From assembly GCA_000826855.1 (NCBI GenBank), contig JTLS01000017.1:1-50063 (forward strand): DNA of 50,063 nt, given 5' to 3'. The notes beneath the pieces were generated by a model. That model searched no databases, had not been told where the DNA came from, and saw only the letters and a program-made list of their open reading frames with translations. Of this stretch, positions 12,593 to 26,561 are shown piece by piece. Positions within the stretch are counted from its first letter, which is position 1. Each line of letters opens with the position of its first letter. The translations under genes were made by a program, and so were the position numbers. Origin of the DNA: Basidioascus undulatus. Lineage: Eukaryota.

Positions 12593-13298
12593 CTAAAACC
12601 TCAAAGGTGTAGGGTCATACGGCTCGTAAGCTGGCGGAGGCGCGCCCACAGACGGGCTGTCGAGGTACCCTGCCGTTCAAGTGCCGTCAGTGCCAGTCGA
12701 CGGCCATGAACGGTTTGGAGGAAAGCTTACCTGCTCGGATGTCCTCCCGGTCGCGTTCGGCAATCGTGCTCAAGTCGCTTCGGCCAAAGTACGCGAGCCG
12801 GCGAAGGACGTCGTCATCTGTCAGATTCGGATTGCACGCCTTCTCGAACTTAAAGTACGCGTTCCGTGCATATTGGAGTCCTAGAAAGAGAAGACGACAA
12901 AAAGAAAACCGCTTCCAAGGGAAAAGACGTGACTCACCCAACCCCTCAGTATCGCATCTCCGAACCAACCGCCTTGCGACGGTCTCCGCCATCGCCTTCC
13001 TCTCCCTATCGTTCCCCTCATGCACCTCCGCCTGCGCCCGCTGAAACACCGCATAGTCCTGCGCCTGCTCGCGGGCCATGCGCGCCATCCTGCCCCCCCG
13101 GCACGCGAGCTCGAACAGGTCCTCGAGCGCGAGCGACCAGACAGGCTCGGCGTGGCGCGGGTAGACGCGCGTGAGGTCCGTGAAGTTTCCCATGACTATG
13201 GGGCGCAGCTGAGGGGGGATGAGTTCCGCTAGTGGTGCGGGGATTGAGGAGGGTGAGGGAGCCGCGGCGGGCTTAGGGGGGGCGGCGATGCGGAACAT
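12593..13298 (-). CDS. Small hypothetical protein (2 introns) with Pro-rich N-terminus and C-terminal PPxY motif
   Basis: ATG at 13298. Introns 12937-12881 (GTGAGT..TAG) and 12730-12670 (GTAAGC..CTGAC..CAG). The last exon reads YLDSPSVGAPPPAYEPYDPTPLRF* with the stop at 12593-12595. Codon usage is GC3-rich. Confidence 0.7.
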
Positions 13299-14447
13299 GG
13301 GGGGTGCGGGGAGGAGAGAAATAAACGTTGGGGTAGCGTGGGGTGAAATGGAAAGGGAAGAGAGAGAAAAACACAAAAAGGGAACTGGTAGCGTTTGGGA
13401 TCAACATCCCGAGGGGTCAGCGAGACTGTATGGGCGAAGGTTGAAACCGGGCCGGCGTTGCCGCCACGCCGTCGTTACGAGCGATGCTTATGGCGTGGCG
13501 GCTGTCCATCGTGCAGATCTCTGCGATAAATTTGTCTGCTTGTCGACTCTTGTTCAACGCAAGGCAAAATACGCTGCACTCGCCAGGGCACGTTTGGGCC
13601 CTGGAAAGCCGTTGCCACTCACGACAGCGGCGATATGCGGTGTCAACAGTGTTTTTTGGTGTTGACCTTGTGCGCCATCTCCCTGGATCTATGTAAACTT
13701 CCCTAGCAGCGCGAAGCCGGGAAATATGGTACAGTTATCATATCGTCGAGGCCCATTTCTGACGCGGACTCAAGATGGGAGGAGGTGCTAGCCTACGGCA
13801 CTTGTACCGTAACTGACTCCTCATTCGTTGAGTCAGGCGCACACTGCATCCAGATGGACAAAGAACAGGTACTGAGGTCGACCGCGAAATCGCATGGTAA
13901 TTATCAGCATGTCAAAGAAAAAGCCTTGCTCAAGGGATCCGTCCATGAGGAGATTCCCTGAGCGGTGCATACTATTACCTTGCGGCACGGTGTCCGACTT
14001 GCAAAACGGCATGGAATGATCAACCGCCGTCTTTGGACCCGTGCCATACGCAGAAACTTCCGTACACAACTTACAGGGAGAGTTTCGTTCAAAAGATGGG
14101 TGCCTCGGCAATGGGAGTCAGTTGCCGTTCGCAGCGGCTCTCGCTTGCGGCAGTGCTATGCAATGCCATGCTTCGTAAGTTGCAGCGTATTTGACTTGCC
14201 GGGTTCGGCTGAACATGATCATCTTCATCTACAGAAGAACCTTTACGCAGCCCCACAGAGAGCATCTGAGCTCGCCGATGCCCAACCTTCCTTGAGAACG
14301 TGTGGTCATGCCGTCTGCAAATCGCGTGAGCTTCTCGTGCAGTATCGATATCAGCAGTCGCGCGTATCAAAAATAATGGGTACTATCGAGGCAACAAGGA
14401 AGGGAAATCGAAAAGCAAGAAAGTCCTGAGTCATCCCCAAAAACAGT

Positions 14448-17400
14448 TTACTCCCCATCCGACCCGAGCAAGCTGTCCGCGATCTCCGTCTCATCGTCCT
14501 CCTCCAGCAGGTCATCCACCTCCTTATCCGAATCCTCCTGCGCCTCTGCCTGTTCCTCTCCATCCTCCTCTCCACTCTCCTCCACCCCATCATCCTCGTC
14601 CACCTCATCATCATCGTCCAGCTCCGGCTCCTCCTCCTCTTCCTCTGACTCGCTCGCCGCCTTCGCAGCCTTGCGCCCCTTCTTGGCAGCACCCGCACCC
14701 GCAGGGGCCCGCGACTTGGGCTTGGGCTTCGGCCGCGCCGCCCGCTTGGGCGTCGCGTCCTCGTCTTCATGCGCCGCAGAGATGTTGCTTAGGAACTGCT
14801 CGAGTTCCTCCGGCACAGGCGCGGGCTCGTCGGACGCGAAGACGTCCGCGTGCCGCTTGCGCAATGAAGCGTCGAAGCGCGTGAGCGCGTTGCGGGAGGC
14901 CGCGTCGGCGAGGGGGTGGAGCTGCGGTTGAGGCGGGTGCTTCAGCAAGAGGAATGTGAGGGAAGAGGATGGAACGATGGGAAAGCACCTCTTGCAGCTT
15001 GCTGATGAGCGTTGCAAGCTTCTGGATCTTGCTCGGGGCGGGCTCGGGAGGGATGTAGAGCTTGCCTAGGATCTGGACGAGCGTCTTGCGCTGGTCCTCT
15101 GCGCGAATGCGAAACGGTGGATTATCAGAACGGAACAGGGCGGAAAACGACGGCACAACGACGTACTGCGATCCTCGGTAAACAGTTCCTTGAGCACCTC
15201 AATGGCGAGATCGAGCTGGACGTCCTCGTCCGCTGGGAAGCCTTCGCGCTCGCTGTGAAATGACATGAATTGACACGTCTGAGCATGCTGAAAGAAGGAC
15301 GAAGGGTGCAAGAAACGCACACGCCGTGCCTCGGGTCCGTCCACTCGGCGAGCATGCTAGCGACCTGCGTGACGGGGAAGACCTCGAGCTCGTCCGCGTC
15401 GCGGTCCCAGTGGTCGCTCAGTGCAGTCAAGAAGATCTGCACCACCACCGTCCCCACCACCGTCCCCGCTGTCAGCGGGGAGTGAAATCAGAAGGGGACT
15501 GGAGACGCACGCTCTGCATCCGTCTCTGGTTGTCCGGGTTGGAGTAGCAGAAGACGGGGAAGAAGTACGCGAGGCACTGCTTGAGCGGCTGGTTGTCCGC
15601 GACCTCGGGCGAGAAGTAGACGAATACGAGGCCGCGGATGAGCTTTCACGCGAGATTTATATTCCATTAGCATGCCATCGCGGGAAGGTAGAGGAGTGAG
15701 GAGGAAGGCCGCACCTCCTCCTCGGCGACCATCCCCGCCAGCATGAGCTTCGCCAGGCCCTCGCACGCGATGGCTTGGAATTCGGGCGAGTGCCCGTCCA
15801 GCGTTCGTAGCAGGAAGCTCTTGATGACCTCGTTCTGCGGTATACGGCGTTAGCTTGAGGGAGGGGTTGGGGAAAGATGGGCGGGTATTTGACGCACCCC
15901 TGCGCCCTGCGAGAAGGACGCAATGTCGTGCGCCATGAGCAGGTCGAAGATGATGCGCAGCGCCTGGATCCCGAACGGGTCGGGCGCCGTCTCGGCCTGG
16001 TTCATGAACATCGTGAACGAGCCGAGCGCGAGGTCCTGCGATGCGAATGACGCTCAGTTCAGTCGCGTTCGGTTTCTTCGCCCTGGGTAGGGCGAGGGGA
16101 CCAAACGGCGGGACGGACCTTAGCGAGCAGGCTGACGAGCCCGAGCGCGTGCAAGCCGCGCTCGCGGATCGCGGGGGCCTTGTTCCGCACGGAGGGGACG
16201 ACGAGCTGCGGGAGGAGACCGCCGAGCATGGTGTGTTCCGAGAGGGACTGCGCCCGGCGCCCACCCGTATATCATCAGCTACGGCCGCCTAGCGCTGAGG
16301 AAGAGGCGGGAAAGTGACGAACGCCGTTGACGCGCTCAAAGAGCGCAATGACCACCGCCAGGCAGCGCAGGTCGACGCTCTCGTTGTGCGCGATCTCCTC
16401 CGGCGTCAGCTCGCGCCTGGGCACGGCCGGGCGCGCGTCGAACACCGTGCTCGCTGCGTCGTCCGGGGCGGGCTCGTCCTCCAGTTCTTCATCGATGCGC
16501 TGCGGGGCAAATGCGAGTCGAGTCAGCCGTGGTACGCCATCGATGGGCGGATGAATGGGAATATGGTAAGGGTTTCTCACCAGGTCCCGAATTTCGGAGG
16601 ACAACTCGACGCCGAGGAGGAGGAAGTCGCGCTCGGAGGAGGAGAGCTTTAGGAGGATGTCGAGCGCGAGGGGGATGAACCGCTCTGGGAGCTCAGGGTG
16701 GGTGACCATCTCGCCTGTGCGCGGCATCATCCCATCCCATCAGAATCAGCACGCATGTAGCTCGAAAGTGATTGCTGAGACGCTGAGACGGCACGCACGA
16801 ACGAGCGTGAACATCTTGCGCCGCCCGATCTCGTCGCCGTAGTCGAGGTTGAGCGCGAGCTTGAGGAGCTCGGCGAGGACGAACTGTCGATTCGCGAGCT
16901 GGACAAGGACCTCCTCGTCGTCTGCTTGTTCAGAGGACGCGGTCACTACGTCGAGCAGGCGGTTGTACTCGTTCTGCAGTCGGAAGGCGAGCGCGGTCAC
17001 GACGGGGAGGGAGGACTCGAGGCGCGCGTCGTCCTGTTATCGCGGGACGGGGTTAGCGGGGAGGTGGGAGGCAGGGGGAGGAGGGCGCACGGAGGTGGAG
17101 ATGCAGTGGTCTACGAAGATGCGCACGAGGAAGGCGGACTCGGGGTTGAGGGCGGACCAGAAGCCGTCTGGTTGGGCGGGTGAGTAGGAGCGTGAAGGGG
17201 ATATAGGTGTGGTGGACGTGGCGCACCATCGAACACCACTGCTGCGAATATGTCGGGCCGGTTGGAAAAGATGGAGAGGAGCGCGTCCTCGGCGACCTTA
17301 GACTCGATCACGTCAAAGTACTCGAGGAACTGTTGCGCGTTCCCATTTTAGTGATGCGAGCCGGAACACCAGACCTGCGACACACACCTTGACAAGATCC

Positions 17401-18563
17401 CCCTCCGCCTCCTCCACCCACGCCGCAACAAGCTTGCTCGCCGCGCGCCGGACCGTCTCGTCGCGGTCGCCGAGGCCGTTGCGGATGAGGTCCTCGCGCT
17501 GGCCGAGGCGCGTGTTGCCCACGCCCGCGAGCGTCTGCGCGAGGGCCGAGCCGTCAAACACGGCGCGCCGGATGGACGGCTCGGTGTCGCGCGCGCGGGT
17601 GAGGAGGATTGGCAGCCCGGCGGGGGAGGGGAAGAGGTTGTACAGCGCGGCGCGGCGGACTTCGCTGTGGTCACAGGAGAGGGGTTAGAGGTTGGATGGG
17701 AGGGATGGGGAGGGGACGCACGCGGAGGGGTCGTGCTGCAAGATGTGGAGCAGGACCGAGGAGACGCGGCCACCCCCGCCAGGGAGGTCCTCGTCTTCCT
17801 CCTCGTCCGCATCCTCGTCGCCCTCGTCCGCGCCTTGCAGCTTGCTCAGCCCCAGCACAGCCTGCACGCGCACAGAGACCTCCTTGTCCCGGAGGCGGAG
17901 CATGAGGGAGTGTTTGAGGGTGTTGAAGAGGTCGTCGCTGGAGGGACGGTATGGGAGTGTTAAGGGAGAGCGCGGTGTGGGAAGGGAACAGAACGCACTC
18001 GATGGAGCCGAGGGAGGTGACGATGAGGCCGACGATCTGCACGCAGCGGAAGCGCACGTTCCTGTCTTTTGCGCCGAAGCCCTTGAGGAGATGCTTCAGG
18101 AGCGAGGTCGCCAGGCGCGTCGCGGACGTTTCGTCGTCGTCGTCCTCCTGGGCCTCGCCCTTCTCGGCTCTTGCCTGCGCAGCTTCGCGGTCTGACACCC
18201 CACGTAAGCGCAGAGTCCCCAACAGACACACAGAGCTCACGACGCACCCTTATCCACAGCAAATGCCAGATACCCCCCCACAAACTTGACGACCTTTTCG
18301 ACGTTCTGCGTGCCCTTCTTGAGCGGCAGCGTGCGGTCGACGCACCCAATAAACGCGTCCCGGAACGCGCGCTCGCCGATAAGCTTCCCAGACTCGGGAT
18401 CATCGGTACGCGCAGCGGACTCGTGGAGCTTGCGGAGGGCGACGCAGTTCTTGCGGTGGTTCGCGAGCGAGTGCTGCGTGTCGGTGAAGATCGTGCCCAC
18501 GGAGACAGGGAGCGCGTCGAGCTGCTCCTGGGTGGGCACGAGGGATTTCGTGCGCGCTGGCAT
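14448..18563 (-). CDS. YCG1: Condensin HEAT-repeat subunit Ycg1/Cnd3 (NCAPG), about 15 introns
   Basis: Motifs QHSLANHRKNCVALRKLH, GFGAKDRNVRFRCVQI, LRDKEVSVRVQAV, DYGDEIGRRKM, ACEGLAKLMLAG and NQPLKQCLAYFFPVFC, plus an acidic tail. All introns are GT-AG. Confidence 0.95.
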
Positions 18564-18927
18564 GGTGGTGGCGGTGGTTTGGGGGCAAGAGCGTGCGCCC
18601 GCTGTGGGGCGGGGATATTGAGCGTGTAGGTGTGAGATGGTTGAACGGAAAGTCAACAAGCTGAGCGCGAGCGCGACGCGTCGGATGGGCGGCCACTCAC
18701 CGGGGACAGTCCGCGGCGAAATTATGAGCAGCACGTGCAACGCATTTCCTCGAGCTCACATCCAACGTCTTCCCTCTCACAAGTCTTGCAACGCTTACAC
18801 ACTTTAGATCTTGTTCTGAGAAGGGAAGGAGACAGAGCTCTCAATTCCTGCTTATTATCCGACATCCCCCTCAGCTCCTATCCCCTTCGGCCCTCTCCAA
18901 CCCTCCGCCCCTCACTCTTCGCCCCCG

Positions 18928-21900
18928 ATGGCCAAGGACCGCTCGGCGCGCTTCAACGCGAAGGCCCGCCAGTCCACAGCGGGCGGGTCTAAATCCAAAA
19001 AGTCCCAGGGTAAGGGCAAGTCGTTCGTGGATGCCGAGCCTGTCGAGGCTCAGACCCAGGCGGATGTCAACGCCGAGGTCATCGTGCCGATGTCCAAGGA
19101 GGAGAAGGAGGAGCACCGGCGGAGGAAGGAGGAGATGCGCAAGGAGGTGGGTGGGCTAATGAAGCTCTGAGGAAGGTTGGGTGGGTGTGCTGATACCGGA
19201 CTGGCGCGGCAGCTCGCGGCGGAGCAGAACTCGAAAATGTCCAACAAGAAGCGAAAGCGGCTGGATGCGTACATCGTGCGTTCGTCTTGTCTCTTTCCGA
19301 ATGCACATCTGTTTCTAAATTCCAACACACCCTCCCACCAGGAACGACAACTGAAGAAAGAAGCCCGCATCGAGCTCCTCAAGAAGCTCTCGTCCGTCAC
19401 CACTCTCCCTCCCTCCTGTCCCATCCCTTCTCACCCCCCTCCCCCCACAGCACCTCCCAAGCTCCCATCGGGACGACCTCCCTCCAGTCCTCCTCCACCC
19501 TCGGCTCCCGCCAGTACTCGACCACCTCCGAGCGCCTCACCGCGCAGGAGCAGACCGCGCTGCGCAAGGCCCTGCGCAAGGGCCTGCGCAAGGGGAAGGG
19601 ATGGGCGCAGGGCGCAGGGGAGGAGGGGGAGGAGGAGGACGTGGACGCGGATCTCGATCGCGAGGGCGAGAACGAGCCCGAGCCTGAGCCGCTGGCCGGC
19701 CCCTCAACGTCCCGCTCGCCGCCGCCTCAACACGCCCCGCCCCCCAAGCCGGCCGTCGTGGACCCGAGCACGGTCCAGTTAGGCGGGGCGCTTGCCCGGA
19801 ACGCAGAGGGGCAGGCCCAAGCGCCCGTGTTCGTCCCGCGTAAGAAGCGCAAGCCCAATCCCGCTGTATGCCCTCTCTTCTCCCCGTCTCCCCCTCTCCC
19901 ATCCTGCGCTTCAAGCTGAGCGGACGGTCCAGGGCCCGCACTTCTCCCATCAGTGGAGAAAGCCGGAGGCTACGCCGGCCAGGGAGGAGTCCGGCAGCGA
20001 GAGCGATAGCTCGTTCGACTCGTCTGACTCGGCGTACGATGAGAACGAGAGCGCGGACGAGGCGGGGAGCTGGAAGGGGATGGGGAGCGGGAACCAGGGG
20101 GGCGAGACGGAGGCTGCATCCGGCTCGGAGGAGGGCTCGTCGAAGGACGAAGATGAGGACGACGACGACTCGGACTCAAACGAGCCCGCGCCCAAGCGTA
20201 GCACGGGCTTCAAAGCCTGGGCGCTCTCGCAGATGGCCGCAGCAGGCGCGCCGATCCCCTCGAGCGAGCTGGCGGACTCGTCCACGCGTGCGCGCTCGCC
20301 GACCCCGCCGCCCTCCTACCCGATCGTCCCCGCCGGCGTGCCCCTCCCCGCCGGCCCGGCCCGCGCCCTAGCAGGCAAGGTCGAGCTCCCCGCGCACTCG
20401 CTGATCTCGCTCGATCCGTCCGGGGGTGCAAAGTCTTCGACGACCAAGCACGTCCCTGTGAAGCGCTCCGAGGAGCTCCAGGCTGCAAGGCTCCTCCTGC
20501 CCGTCGTCGAGCTCGAGCAGGAGATCGTGGAGGCTATTTTGATCAACCCCGTGGTCGTCATCTGCGGCGAGACCGGCTCGGGAAAGACTACGCAGGTGCC
20601 GCAGTTTTTGTACGAGCGCGGGTTCGGGTCGGCGGGCAGCGGTGCGTCGTTCCCGTTCCATTCCCTCAGTCCCCTCACGCCTGCCCTGACTTACTGAATG
20701 GCAACAACCAGATAACCCCGGCATGATCGGCATCACCCAGCCGCGCCGCGTCGCAGCAATCTCGATGTCCGCGCGCGTCTCGTCCGAGCTCTCGCTCCCG
20801 GCGCCGCGCGTCGCGTACCAGATCCGGTACGACGCGACGACCTCGCCCGAGACGGCGATCAAGTTCATGACGGACGGCGTGCTCCTCCGCGAGCTCGCGC
20901 ATGACTTCCTCCTCGCGCGATACTCGGTCGTCGTCGTCGACGAGGCGCACGAGCGCAGCGTCAATACCGACATCCTCATCGGCGTGCTCAGCCGCGTCGT
21001 CAAGCTGAGGGAGGAGATGTGGAGGGCGGGGAAGGAGGGGGTCAAGGTGCGTTTCTCCATTATTCCGCCTTCCTTGCTTTCGAAGATTGTCTGACGAGCT
21101 TTCGCGTCTGTCGAGCAGCCCCTCCGCCTAGTCATCATGTCCGCGACCCTTCGCGTAACGGACTTCACGCTGAACACGACGCTCTTCCCTACCCCGCCGC
21201 CGGTGATCAACGTCTCAGCGCGGCAGCACCCGGTGACAGTGCACTTTGCGCGCCGCACGCGGCCGGACTACCTCGACGAGGCGTTCAAGAAGACGGTCAA
21301 GATCCACGCGCGCCTCCCGCCCGGCGGCGTCCTCGTCTTCCTCACGGGCCAGGGCGAGATCCAGACGCTGTGTCGCCGGCTCGAGAGGCGGTTTGGGAAG
21401 AAGGCGGTGGAGGAGAGGAGGGAGAGGGGGAGGAAGGTCAGGGAGGCGTGGAGGAGCCGGATGGGCGAGGAGGACCGCGACCGCGAGAACGACGCCGCGG
21501 ACGTGCCTAGGATAAAGGTCACCGCTGCTACTGGTGCGTTTGGCTGAGAAGAGGGAGACGAGACTGTCGCGTGAAGTCATTTACTGATCAGGATGCTATG
21601 CGGGGTGGTTTACAGGCGACGTCGAGGCGGAAGAGGTCGACCTCGGCGAGGACGCGGACCTCGCGCTCGACGTAGACGACGGTGCCGAGCTCGAGCAGGG
21701 GCTGGACTCGGACTCGGACGACGAGTCGGGTTTCGAAGAGGCCATCATGGACGAGGATGACTCGGAGAGTGCGCTGCTTTCCTGCACCTCAAGCAATTCA
21801 ACCGCTGACAGGTGACTTTCCAGCTCCGATGCACATCCTCCCGCTTTACTCCCTCCTCCCGAGCGACAAGCAAATGCGCGTGTTCGAGCCCCCGCCTGAG

Positions 21901-23740
21901 GGACACCGCCTCGTCGTCGTTGCCACTAACGTCGCTGAGACGTCGCTTACGATTCCTGGGATCCGCTACGTCGTGGACGCCGGGCGGGCGAAGGAGGTGC
22001 GTTGCAGCTCTATCCATACTCGCTAGGGTCAATGTCGCTCACTCGTCTTGTTACCGCAGCGCCATTACGACGTGACGAGCGGAATCCAATCCTTCCGGGT
22101 CTCGTGGGTCTCCAAGGCGTCCGCGGCGCAGCGCTCCGGTCGTGCAGGCCGTACCGGGCCGGGACACTGCTACCGCCTGTACTCGTCCGCAGTATTCGAG
22201 GACCACTTCGACGCGTTCGCGCAGCCCGAGATTCTGCGGATGCCGATCGAGGGCGTCGTCCTCCAGATGAAGAGCATGAACATCGACGCGGTCGCGAACT
22301 TCCCCTTCCCGACGCCGCCGGACAAGCCCGGCCTCGCAAAGGCCGAGAAAGTCCTCACGTACCTCGGGGCGCTCGAGCCCGTCGAGGCTGGCGCGCGCGT
22401 CGGCGCGGTCCCCGGCGCGGGGTCGACGTCCCGCATCGGTGGGCGCGTGACGGAGCTCGGCAGGGCCATGGCAATGTTCCCCGTCGCGCCGAGGTTCGCG
22501 AAGATGCTCGTCGCCGGGCAGCAACACGGCTGCCTGCCGTACATCATCGCTATCGTCGCGGCGCTCTCCGTCGGCGATCCGTTTATCCGCGAGGCGGTCC
22601 TGGCTGCCGAGGAGAACGGCGGGGCGGATGACGAGAACGACGTTCTGAGCGCGGCGGAGATCCGGAACATCAAGAGCGCCGAGCTCCGGGAGAACGAGGA
22701 GCGCAAGCTCAGGCGAAGGAAGTTCTTCAAGGTCCAGCAAGTGCGTAATCGGTGTGCTTGCTTCACCGTGAAAGCGAGTCGCTGAACGAATGCTTGCAGC
22801 TCTATTCCGCCCTCGGAAACGCTTCGAGCGACATGTTCAAGCTCCTCGTGGTCATCGGCGCGTACGAGTACGCAGGCGGCGGCGAGAAGTTCTGCACGGA
22901 TAACTTCGTCCGGTTCAAGGTGAGCTGTGCATCAAGACGATGCTTCGTTCAAGAACGGCGACTTAAATTTTCTTTGCAGGCTATGCAAGAGATTCACAAG
23001 CTGCGGGCCCAGATCAGCTCCATCGTCCAGTCGACTTTCCCGGGCGTAGACACCGGCTTCGTACCGAAGCTGCAGCCTCCGAACGACACCCAGGTGCGCT
23101 GTCCACCCTTCCCACCGCCATTCTGCGTACCGAGTCGGTGCTGACCCGGGCCCCTTCCCCTCTCCAGCTCAAGGTCCTTCGGCAGCTGCTTACGGCGGGC
23201 TTCATCGATCAGGTCGCCGTGCGGAAGGATGTCATCGAGCCTTCCTCAGCGACGGCGGGCGCCAAGTTCGCGTCGACTCGCGGAATTCCATACCGGGCGA
23301 TGGGCGTCGCCGGCGACGTCTTCATCCACCCGAGCTCCGTCCTGTTCCACAACGCGCCGCCCGACTTCGTTGTCTACACCGAGCTCCTCGAGACAAGCCA
23401 GGTCTTCCTGCGTGGTATGTGCTGTCTTTCTAATATCCTGGCCCTCATGTCCCAGTCGGCTCACGCTTCTCCCCCTACTCGTTCAGGCGTGACCAAGATC
23501 AACGCCGCGTGGCTGCCGACGCTCGGTCGCGCACTCTGCACCTTCTCCAAACCGCTCGACATGCCAGCGGGCGCTGCCGGCGTATTGCGGAAGGACCATG
23601 CGGCTTCACGAAAGCCTGGCGACCCGGAGACGCGGGAGTGTTTTGTCGAGCCGAGCTTTGGGCCGGGGCTGGGCTGGAAGCTGCCGCCGATCAAGGTGCT
23701 GCAGCGCAAAGAGCAGAGCGGGCGCTGGGTCTTCATATAG
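18928..23740 (+). CDS. DHR1: DEAH-box RNA helicase Dhr1/Ecm16 (DHX37), SSU processome
   Basis: Motifs [72 protein letters not shown] and [20 protein letters not shown]. The N-terminus RFNAKAR and [13 protein letters not shown] are Dhr1-like. Confidence 0.95.
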
Positions 23741-23907
23741 CATGCATTTGTTGTAGACTGTACAAGCTCTGTCTGAGTGTGGTCCGCTTCCGTGTATAGA
23801 ACGCATACTCCGCAATCGCACATAGAGGTCATTCGTAATCCATGAAAACAACATCAAGCATTCAAGTGTTCATTGGTCTACATCGTCGTTCGCGAACAGC
23901 AGCCCAT

Positions 23908-25960
23908 CTACAGCTTCGGAGGCATCGAACCGCTCGGGTTGTAGCGCAGGGCGCTCGGGGAGATGTCTTCCTTCACTGACCGGTAGCCTGTAGTCCGAGT
24001 TAGCAGTTTCCTTTCCGTGACCACGCTACACCGCCACCATGAGGCGCGTACCTGATACAGTCATGGTGATGTCCAGGTCGGCCAGAAGCGACTTCATCAC
24101 ATGGCGGCAACCCGCCTCGCCCTGTGCATTCGCCATACCCCAAACTACAGGCGAGAGTGGCGTTAGCGAAAGAGCGATAGGAAAGCAGGACTTGTGAATA
24201 CGACGTACCCCACATCCGACCGATCATGACTGCTTGCGCGCCGAGCGCCATGGCCTTGAAAATGTCAGGGCCAGTGCGAACGCCGGAGTCAAACAGGATG
24301 GTTGTCTCTGTTCAAGGGAAGACGCTGCGTTAGCGAACACATTCTCTTTGGGAGCGCTCAGAAACAGACGTACTGTGGCCGACCGCCTTGGCGATCTCGG
24401 GCAGAACCTCGAGGGAACCGACAGCACCATCGACCTAAGAGCGGAACCCAAGTACTGTGAGCGACATTGCTAGGGAATACGAAAACTGCAAACTTACCTG
24501 ACGGCCGGCGTGGTTGGTCACGACAATGCCGTCGCAGCCGAGCTCGATGGCCTTCTCGGCATCCTCGACGTTCTGAATTCCCTTGAGGACGAAGGGGCGG
24601 CCCCCGGAGACTGACCAAAACCTACGATGAGTAGGAGATAAAACAAATGCAAGTCCGATTCGCTTACTCCGCTTCCACTCCTTGATGAGCCAAGGCAGCT
24701 TTTGCCAAGAAAGTGGCTTGCCTGTATAACGATGGGTCATTATCTACCACTGCGTCCGTGAATGTACAAGGAAAGCGCACCATGCCAGACAGAAGAGTCA
24801 ATCCAGCGGCCGGGGTCCTTCTTGAGCTCTTCCCCGTGCTTCTTCATGAAGACAGGGTCGCTCCGGCCCATCTCGTTGCCAACGGTGCCATAGTAGAAGC
24901 TGTGAGATGGCAGTTTGTCAGCTGGATTACGATTGTGAAAAATACGGACGAAAGTACGCGTAGTTCGCAATGTCAATGTCGGTCGGCTGCAGATTGAAAT
25001 CAGGTACTCCGTTGCCGCTATCGCGTTAATAATATAACGCACCCGCCACCCAAGCTGGAAGGTGTCCGTCGTGAACATGAGGACGTCGAAGCCGCTATTC
25101 CAGGCACGCGTCATGATGCTGGTGGTCTGTCTCAAATAGCATCTAAACACTGTACGCAAGCAAGGAAGGACATTGAGTCTCACAATCTCATCGTCCGGTC
25201 CCGCATACAGCTGGAAGAAGCGAGGCCCCTTCGCCTTGCCGCCGTTCGGGCCGTCATAATTGTGCACGCTGTTGCTCTCGTTCTTCTACTCAAAGCACTT
25301 CGGGATTAGCGAACACTCGCAGTGCAAGTTTCAGGGCATACGCACCACGCTCGATGCCTCATCGTGCACGCGCGCGACGTCCTCGAGCGGCTGGCTCGCC
25401 GCGGTCGAGAGGCAGTAGGGGAGGCCGAGTTCGCCAGCGACCCGCGCAGGGACGAGCTCGCCGCGCGGGTGGTAGATCTTGTTGATCCCGATGGGGGCGA
25501 AGAGGATCGGAGCGGGGATGGTGTGCCCGAAGAGGTTGACGGTCAGGTCGCGCGTGTTCGTGTCCCGCAGCGCACGGGGAATCTATCATAAGAAGAAAAA
25601 AATCAGTTTGTACTGAGTTTAGCAAGCTGGGTTGAAGATGATCGATCGCAAGACGCACGATACGCCAGCGGTAGAACGCCTCCCGGTTGGCACGGTCCGT
25701 CCAGCCCATGCCGGCATTCGAGCTCGCGTACCAGAAGCCGCGGCTTGTAAGTTCCTTCTTTGCATCGTCCTGGAGCTTTTCAGGGTGGACCGAGAAGCCG
25801 GGGACTGCACATGCGAAAGCTCAGCAGAGGACGCTGCGTGTCTGCGAGCGAGCCAATGACGCAACGCACAGTTTCCGTTGTCGGCCCCGTTCTTGAATAC
25901 CTCGCGCTGATAGAGGCTGTAGTGGGGCTGGGGGCCTTTGCGCTTGTTGTAGGGGTCCAT
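23908..25960 (-). CDS. FMN-dependent alpha-hydroxy acid dehydrogenase/oxidase (lactate 2-monooxygenase-like), about 12 introns
   Basis: Motifs [48 protein letters not shown] (catalytic His) and [20 protein letters not shown]. The protein ends GSMPPKL*. Confidence 0.92.
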
Positions 25961-26561
25961 GAAGAGTGTGTTTGGTCAGTGGTGTATGAGATGTGAAGGA
26001 AATCAGGTTGAAGAGACGACGAGGCGGCGACTTTCAAAAGAGTTGAACTACACAGACAGAATCGATGATGTTTCGCGGCCCTCCTACGATCCTACAATGA
26101 TGCAGTTCGCGTCCTGCTCGCTGGCTCGCACGATTTGTATTCGTACTCGGAGTTCCGCTCGGGATGTAGGGATGCCGGCGACAAGTGGAGGTGATCAGGG
26201 TGATCGGCGGGATCAGATCGCTCGAAGAGTCGGTGTTCCGCCACCGGTTTGATTGCACACGGCTGGGTGAAATATTACTTGGAAGTGCTGCGCGCTGCTT
26301 CAATAGCGGTTCGGTTCGGATTGCGGCAAGCTCGTGCTGTAAATATGTGCAGGTTGCGAATGGTGGATCCACCTTTTCAAGTCGATACACGGCCGTCAGT
26401 GCTCCCGGCGCTCGGTCTCCCAAACGTTCTGATGGGCGGGCACCCACGAGCTGCGTACACAACTTTGCATAGAAACAGAGACGGCAATTCACCCACACAC
26501 GCTGTTGGGTAAAGGGACCGGAGATGTCCTGAAGACAAGCTATTCGGATCCATAGCGCTCC

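Noticed and set aside
13700..14430. Short ORFs between the orphan gene and the YCG1 3' end
   Set aside because: No recognisable motifs or consistent exon chain, so a gene cannot be supported.
15440..15470. Small tandem duplication (CACCACCGTCCC x2) in a YCG1 intron
   Set aside because: Ordinary slippage repeat with no evident function.
18676..18681. MCB element ACGCGT upstream of YCG1
   Set aside because: A single 6-mer in CG-rich DNA is frequent by chance.
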